Part shown: positions 59,175-64,000 of the stretch, one piece after another
Layout of the letters: each line of letters begins with the position of its first letter
Numbering within the stretch: the first letter of the stretch is position 1
Assembly: GCA_965243135.1 (NCBI GenBank)
Contig: OZ251539.1
Span: forward strand, 2,112,001 to 2,176,000
DNA: 64,000 nucleotides
Origin: Alphaproteobacteria bacterium
GTDB lineage: Bacteria > Pseudomonadota > Alphaproteobacteria > MPNO01 > UBA830
Direction: 5' to 3'
Made by a program: the position numbers and the translations under genes
The notes under the pieces: generated by a model
What the model saw: the letters and a program-made list of their open reading frames with translations, nothing else
Databases searched by the model: none
Told to the model about the DNA's origin: nothing

Positions 59175-60587
59175 ATGGCGGACGATGTGCAGAACGTGTT
59201 GGACATGATTGAAGAGCACAAGGCGAAGTTCGTGGACTTCCGCTTCACCGACCCGCGCGGGAAGTGGCAGCACACGGCGCAAGCCGTGCGCACGGTCGAC
59301 GAGGACATGCTGACCGACGGCATCATGTTCGACGGATCGTCGATCGCGGGCTGGAAGGACATCAACGAATCCGACATGACCCTCGTGCCCGATTGTTCGA
59401 CCGCCGTGCTCGACCCCTTTTCTGCCCAGGAGCAGATCATTCTCTTCTGCGACGTGATCGAGCCGAGCACGGGGCAGTCGTACAGCCGCGACCCGCGCTC
59501 GACGGCGAAACGGGCGGAAAACTACCTCTCTCAGACCGGCATCGGCGACAAGGCGCTCTTCGGTCCGGAGCCCGAGTTTTTCGTGTTCGACGACGTGCGC
59601 TTCGACGTATCGGCGAACAGGACCTTCTACGCCCTCGACGAAGAGGAAGGTCCTTACAACAGCGGGACCGAACTGGAGGGCGGCAACAGCGGCCACCGGC
59701 CCGCGACCAAGGGCGGATACTTCCCCGTCCCGCCGGTCGACTCCATGACGGATCTGCGCGCGGAAATGCTGACCGTCATGGAAGACATGGGCGTGGGCAC
59801 GGAAAAGCACCACCACGAAGTGGCGCCGAGCCAGAACGAACTCGGCATAGAGGGCGCGGAACTGCTCAAAACCGCCGACTGGGTGCAGATCTACAAGTAC
59901 TGCGTCCAGAACGTCGCCCATTCCTACGGCAAGACGGCGACCTTCATGCCGAAGCCGATCATCGGCGACAACGGATCCGGCATGCACGTCCACCAGTCGA
60001 TATGGAGGGACGGCGCTCCGTTGTTCGCGGGATCGAGCTACGCCGACCTGTCGGAGACCGCCCTGCACTACATCGGCGGCATCATCAGGCACGCCAAGGC
60101 GATCAACGCCTTCACGAACCCGACGACCAACAGCTACAAGCGGCTCATTCCCGGCTTCGAAGCGCCCGTGCTGCTCGCCTATTCGGCGCGGAACCGTTCG
60201 GCGTCCTGCCGCATCCCGTTCACTACGAGCCCGAAGGGCAAGCGGGTGGAAGTTCGTTTCCCCGACTGCACGGCCAACCCGTACTACGCCTTCGCGGCGA
60301 TGCTGATGGCCGGCCTCGATGGCATCCAGAACAAGATCCATCCCGGCGATCCCATGGACAAGAACCTCTACGACCTGCCGCCGGAAGAACTGCAGGACGT
60401 GCCCACCGTCTGCCACAGCCTGCGCGAAGCGCTGCAAGCCCTGGATTCCGACCGCGGCTTCCTGACGAAGGGCGACGTGTTTCCCGACGATCTGATCGAC
60501 GGATTCCTCAGCCTCAAGTGGGAAGAGGTCTACAGATTCGAGCACACGCCGCATCCCGTCGAATTCGAGATGTATTACAGCCTCTGA
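59175..60587 (+). CDS. glnA: Glutamine synthetase type I
   Basis: FDGSSI, HHHEVA, ATFMPKP..DNGSGMH, NLYDLPP adenylylation site. Confidence 0.98.
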   Translation: MADDVQNVLDMIEEHKAKFVDFRFTDPRGKWQHTAQAVRTVDEDMLTDGIMFDGSSIAGWKDINESDMTLVPDCSTAVLDPFSAQEQIILFCDVIEPSTGQSYSRDPRSTAKRAENYLSQTGIGDKALFGPEPEFFVFDDVRFDVSANRTFYALDEEEGPYNSGTELEGGNSGHRPATKGGYFPVPPVDSMTDLRAEMLTVMEDMGVGTEKHHHEVAPSQNELGIEGAELLKTADWVQIYKYCVQNVAHSYGKTATFMPKPIIGDNGSGMHVHQSIWRDGAPLFAGSSYADLSETALHYIGGIIRHAKAINAFTNPTTNSYKRLIPGFEAPVLLAYSARNRSASCRIPFTTSPKGKRVEVRFPDCTANPYYAFAAMLMAGLDGIQNKIHPGDPMDKNLYDLPPEELQDVPTVCHSLREALQALDSDRGFLTKGDVFPDDLIDGFLSLKWEEVYRFEHTPHPVEFEMYYSL

Positions 60588-60594
60588 CGCCCAA

Positions 60595-60616
60595 GGAGGC
60601 CGCTTCGGCGGCCTCC
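60595..60616 (+). terminator. GC-rich hairpin after glnA
   Basis: GGAGGCCGC-TTCG-GCGGCCTCC; U-tract weak. Confidence 0.5.
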
Positions 60617-60997
60617 CCTTCCAAGCCGGCAGGCGCCGTCTTTTAGACCTGCCGATTCGCCGGGCGCGCGCCTCGCGGAGTATTTTTTCGGCGACTTCGC
60701 GTCGGCGCTTCGCGCTCCGCCGGCAACCCTTGCCGCGTTGAAGGCCGCCGCCGGAACCAGGCGAGCGCGCCTGGGCGGCCCGTCCCGCGGCGGAAATCGC
60801 CCTCGGCGCGCAAGGGCCTGCGAATCCCGGAAACAGCCCTGGACCTGTCCCGGCTTCGGCGCCGCGGCGCAACGCGGCGGCTCGGCAAAAAAACGTTTTG
60901 CCTCTCGCGATTTTATGGTATATCTCGGCCTTACGACCGTCAAAACTACATGATGATGTGGTGCGGGCGACGACGCCTTGCCTACACAACCGATGCC

Positions 60998-62974
60998 ATG
61001 GCCGATCTGTTCCAAAGTTCCGTCACGAACCAATACTCCGCAAGCGACATCGAGGTGCTCGAAGGTCTCGAGCCCGTGCGCAAACGCCCCGGAATGTACA
61101 TCGGAGGCACCGACGAACGGGCCATGCACCATCTCGCCGCCGAAATCCTCGACAACGCCATGGACGAAGCGGTCGCCGGCCACGCCAACCGCATCGAATT
61201 CGACCTCGCTGCCGACGGCCGCGTGACGGTGCGCGACAACGGCCGCGGAATACCCGTCGATCCCCACCCGAAGTTCAAGGACAAGTCGGCGCTCGAAGTG
61301 GTGCTGACGACCCTGCACTCCGGCGGAAAGTTCAACGGCGAAACCTACAAGACCTCCGGCGGCCTGCACGGAGTCGGCCTGTCCGTCGTCAACGCGCTCT
61401 CCGAGACCCTCGAAGTGGAAGTGGCGCGCGACCGGCTCCTCTGGACGCAGAGCTACGACAGGGGAAAGCCGCGGAGCGGACCGAAACAGGCCGGCAAGAC
61501 GAGCAACCGGCGCGGCACGCGCATCAGCTTCAGACCCGACCCGGAAATATTCGGCGACAAGGCGGCTTTCCGGGCGAAGGCCCTCTACGACATGGCGAAG
61601 GCCAAGGCGTACCTGTTCAAGGGCGTCCAGATTCGCTGGTCCTGCGCGCCGGCCCTCGCGGGAAGCGACGTTCCGGAAACGGCGACCTTGTGCTTTCCGG
61701 GCGGCCTGGCCGACTATCTGGAGACCGTGCTCGACGGCTGCCGAACGATAACCGAAGTGACGTTCGCCGGAGAAGCCGACCTCAACGGGGGCGACGGCCG
61801 GGCGGAATGGGCGTTCGCCTGGCCTGAAAACCGCGAGTCGGCGATCTCGTCCTACTGCAACACCATCCCCACCCCGGAAGGCGGGACGCACGAGAACGGC
61901 TTGCGCAACGCCCTCGCCCGCGGCCTCAAGACCTACGGAGAAATGGCGGGCAACAAGCGGGTGGCCATCGTGACCGGCGACGACGTTCTCGGCTGCGCGA
62001 TCGGGATTCTGTCGGTCTTCGTCTCCGACCCCGAGTTCCAGGGGCAGACCAAGGAACGGCTGTCGTCCCCCGGCGTCGCGCGGCTGGTCGAGAGTTCCGT
62101 CCGCGACCATTTCGAGCATTTCCTCACCGGCAACCCGAAGGCGGCCGACGAATTGCTCGAGCACGTGCTGGAACGCGCCGAAGAGCGGCTTCGGCGCAAG
62201 AAGGATCGCGAGCTCGCGCGGAAGACCCCGACCCGCAAGGTTCGCCTGCCCGGCAAGCTCGCGGACTGCGCCTCCGGCGCGGCGGACGGCACGGAGATAT
62301 TCCTCGTCGAAGGCGATTCCGCCGGCGGATCCGCCAAGCAGGCGCGCGACCGCAAGACGCAGGCCATCTTGCCTTTGCGCGGCAAGATCCTCAACGTCGC
62401 GAGCGCGACCCAGGACAAGATGAGAGCCAACCAGGAAATCGCCGACCTGATCCAGGCGCTCGGATGCGGTTACGGAACGGCCTTCGACCTCGACAGGTTG
62501 CGCTACGAGCGCGTGATCATCATGACGGACGCGGATGTCGACGGCGCGCACATCGCGTCGCTTCTCATGACGTTTTTCTTTCGGGAAATGCCGCGCCTGG
62601 TCGAGAACGGCAGCCTTTACCTCGCCATGCCGCCGCTGTACCGCATTTCCCAGAAGGGCAAGGTCGTCTACGCGCGCGACGACCCCCACAAGGAAGAGCT
62701 TCTGGCGACGGAGTTCGACGCCCGCGGAAAGATCGACGTCAGCAGGTTCAAGGGCCTCGGCGAAATGCCGCCCGGGCAACTCAAGGAAACCACGATGAAT
62801 CCCGAAACCCGAACCCTCTTGAAGATCGTGCTTCCGGAAGAAGAGAAGCCGTCGACCGCGAACGGCGCCGACGGCACCGCCGGCCTCGTGGAGCGCCTGA
62901 TGGGACGGAAGCCCGAGGCCCGCCTGAAATTCATTCAACAACGCGCGGAAACGGTCGAATATGTCGACATCTGA
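60998..62974 (+). CDS. parE: DNA topoisomerase IV subunit B
   Basis: LEPVRKRPGMYIG, DNAMDEA, VEGDSAGGS, PLRGK, MTDADVDG; no GyrB insertion. Confidence 0.92.
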   Translation: MADLFQSSVTNQYSASDIEVLEGLEPVRKRPGMYIGGTDERAMHHLAAEILDNAMDEAVAGHANRIEFDLAADGRVTVRDNGRGIPVDPHPKFKDKSALEVVLTTLHSGGKFNGETYKTSGGLHGVGLSVVNALSETLEVEVARDRLLWTQSYDRGKPRSGPKQAGKTSNRRGTRISFRPDPEIFGDKAAFRAKALYDMAKAKAYLFKGVQIRWSCAPALAGSDVPETATLCFPGGLADYLETVLDGCRTITEVTFAGEADLNGGDGRAEWAFAWPENRESAISSYCNTIPTPEGGTHENGLRNALARGLKTYGEMAGNKRVAIVTGDDVLGCAIGILSVFVSDPEFQGQTKERLSSPGVARLVESSVRDHFEHFLTGNPKAADELLEHVLERAEERLRRKKDRELARKTPTRKVRLPGKLADCASGAADGTEIFLVEGDSAGGSAKQARDRKTQAILPLRGKILNVASATQDKMRANQEIADLIQALGCGYGTAFDLDRLRYERVIIMTDADVDGAHIASLLMTFFFREMPRLVENGSLYLAMPPLYRISQKGKVVYARDDPHKEELLATEFDARGKIDVSRFKGLGEMPPGQLKETTMNPETRTLLKIVLPEEEKPSTANGADGTAGLVERLMGRKPEARLKFIQQRAETVEYVDI

Positions 62975-63045
62975 ACCGGCGGCGGCGGCGTGACCGCCCG
63001 GAAATCCCGCGCGCCGGAGGGCGCGCCCGCCGGGCTTCGCCGGCG

Positions 63046-63465
63046 ATGACCCTGCACCTCGTCAAGCTGGCGGTGGGCATCGACGACGTCTCGATGCTGG
63101 CGGAGCGCCAGGACCGCCGGCTGGAGGAAGCGCGGGCGAACGGACGGCCCGTGCGTCATCTCACCCGATCCATGCCGCGCCGCGCGGACGAAATCATGGA
63201 CGGCGGGTCGATCTACTGGGTGATCAGGCGGGCGGTGCGAGCCCGCCAGAGGATCCTCGGCATCGAGAGGACGGTCAACGACCGCGGGCAGCCTCGCTGC
63301 GCCATCGTTCTCGACAGGGAAATCGTTCCCGTGGAAGCGAGGCCCTGCCGACCGTTTCAAGGATGGCGATATCTGGAAAGCGCGCCGCCCGACAGCGCCC
63401 GGGCGAACGGCGACGTCCTGCCCGAAGACATGGCGAAGGAACTCAGGAGCCTCGGACTGCTCTGA
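63046..63465 (+). CDS. DUF1489 family protein
   Basis: LHLVKLAVG, GGSIYWVI, RPFQGWRYL, LRSLGLL. Confidence 0.88.
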   Translation: MTLHLVKLAVGIDDVSMLAERQDRRLEEARANGRPVRHLTRSMPRRADEIMDGGSIYWVIRRAVRARQRILGIERTVNDRGQPRCAIVLDREIVPVEARPCRPFQGWRYLESAPPDSARANGDVLPEDMAKELRSLGLL

Positions 63466-63473
63466 CCGGCCGG

Positions 63474-63899
63474 CTATTCCTCCTCGACGACGTCGTCGTC
63501 GGTCTCGACCGGCCCCGAATCCAGACCCTTCGCGTCCCTGTCCCGGTCCACGAGTTCGACGAAGGCCATCGGCGCGGAATCTCCGTAGCGGAACCCCGCC
63601 TTCCGGACCCGCGTGTAGCCGCCGGGCCGCTCGCGGTACCGGTCCGCGAGCGTGGTGAACAACTTGTTCGCGAGATCCCGGTCGCCGTGCAGGCGCGACA
63701 CCGCCAGACGGCGGGCGTGAAGATCCCCGCGCTTGCCGAGGGTAATGAGCTTGTCGACGATCGGGCGCAGTTCCTTCGCCTTGGGAAGCGTCGTCTTGAC
63801 CTGCTCGTGCTTGATGAGCGCCGCCGCCATGTTCCCGAACATCGCCTTGCGGTGGGCGCTCGTGCGGTTCAGCTTGCGGCCGCCGACACGGTGACGCAT
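63474..63899 (-). CDS. rplQ: 50S ribosomal protein L17
   Basis: [30 protein letters not shown]. Confidence 0.98.
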   Translation of the reverse strand: MRHRVGGRKLNRTSAHRKAMFGNMAAALIKHEQVKTTLPKAKELRPIVDKLITLGKRGDLHARRLAVSRLHGDRDLANKLFTTLADRYRERPGGYTRVRKAGFRYGDSAPMAFVELVDRDRDAKGLDSGPVETDDDVVEEE

Positions 63900-63921
63900 C
63901 GTCTCTCGTCCTCCTCGAGGG

Positions 63922-64000
63922 TCAGTAGGGCTCGTCGAGGCTTCTGACCATGTCCTCGATGTTCTCGGGCGGCCAGTCTCCAACGTCCATGCCCAGTTGG
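63922..64000 (-). CDS. rpoA: RNA polymerase alpha subunit, 3' end (partial)
   Basis: Translates as [25 protein letters not shown], directly upstream of rplQ. Confidence 0.92.
   Translation of the reverse strand, partial: QLGMDVGDWPPENIEDMVRSLDEPY

Overview
High-GC alphaproteobacterial chromosome segment. The rpoA C-terminus, NDUFS4-like gene and tRNA-His with G-1:C73 suggest a Rhodospirillales-like organism; ankyrin, TM-coiled-coil and DUF4338-IS4 genes hint at a marine/sponge symbiont (inference). A core backbone (tRNA-Arg, ETC complex I subunit, nnr, tRNA-His, glnB-glnA, parE, rplQ, rpoA end) is interleaved with catabolic and uptake genes: 2 TRAP, 1 ABC and TTT transporters, betC, a 3-HAO-like dioxygenase, amidohydrolases and cofE-cofD-cofC. 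Accessory/defence-like loci are a Schlafen/AlbA_2-HATPase plus ParA-like pair, a catalytically dead DUF4338-IS4 transposase, a DprA-PRTase pair, PBECR2-like, ISKra4-like and DUF2189 remnants, and an ankyrin-Rpn fusion. Top candidates for novelty: (1) the ankyrin-Rpn fusion with in-frame internal RBS/starts resembling an intragenic antitoxin; (2) a coupled operon of MtnK-like kinase, variant enolase, 2-hydroxyacid dehydrogenase and FAH-family enzyme; (3) a hybrid FixL/OmpR/Crp module with a K-box-like repeat; (4) a repeated A>G/T>C pattern of motif decay in still-open reading frames. Family calls come from recalled motifs; no searches were run.
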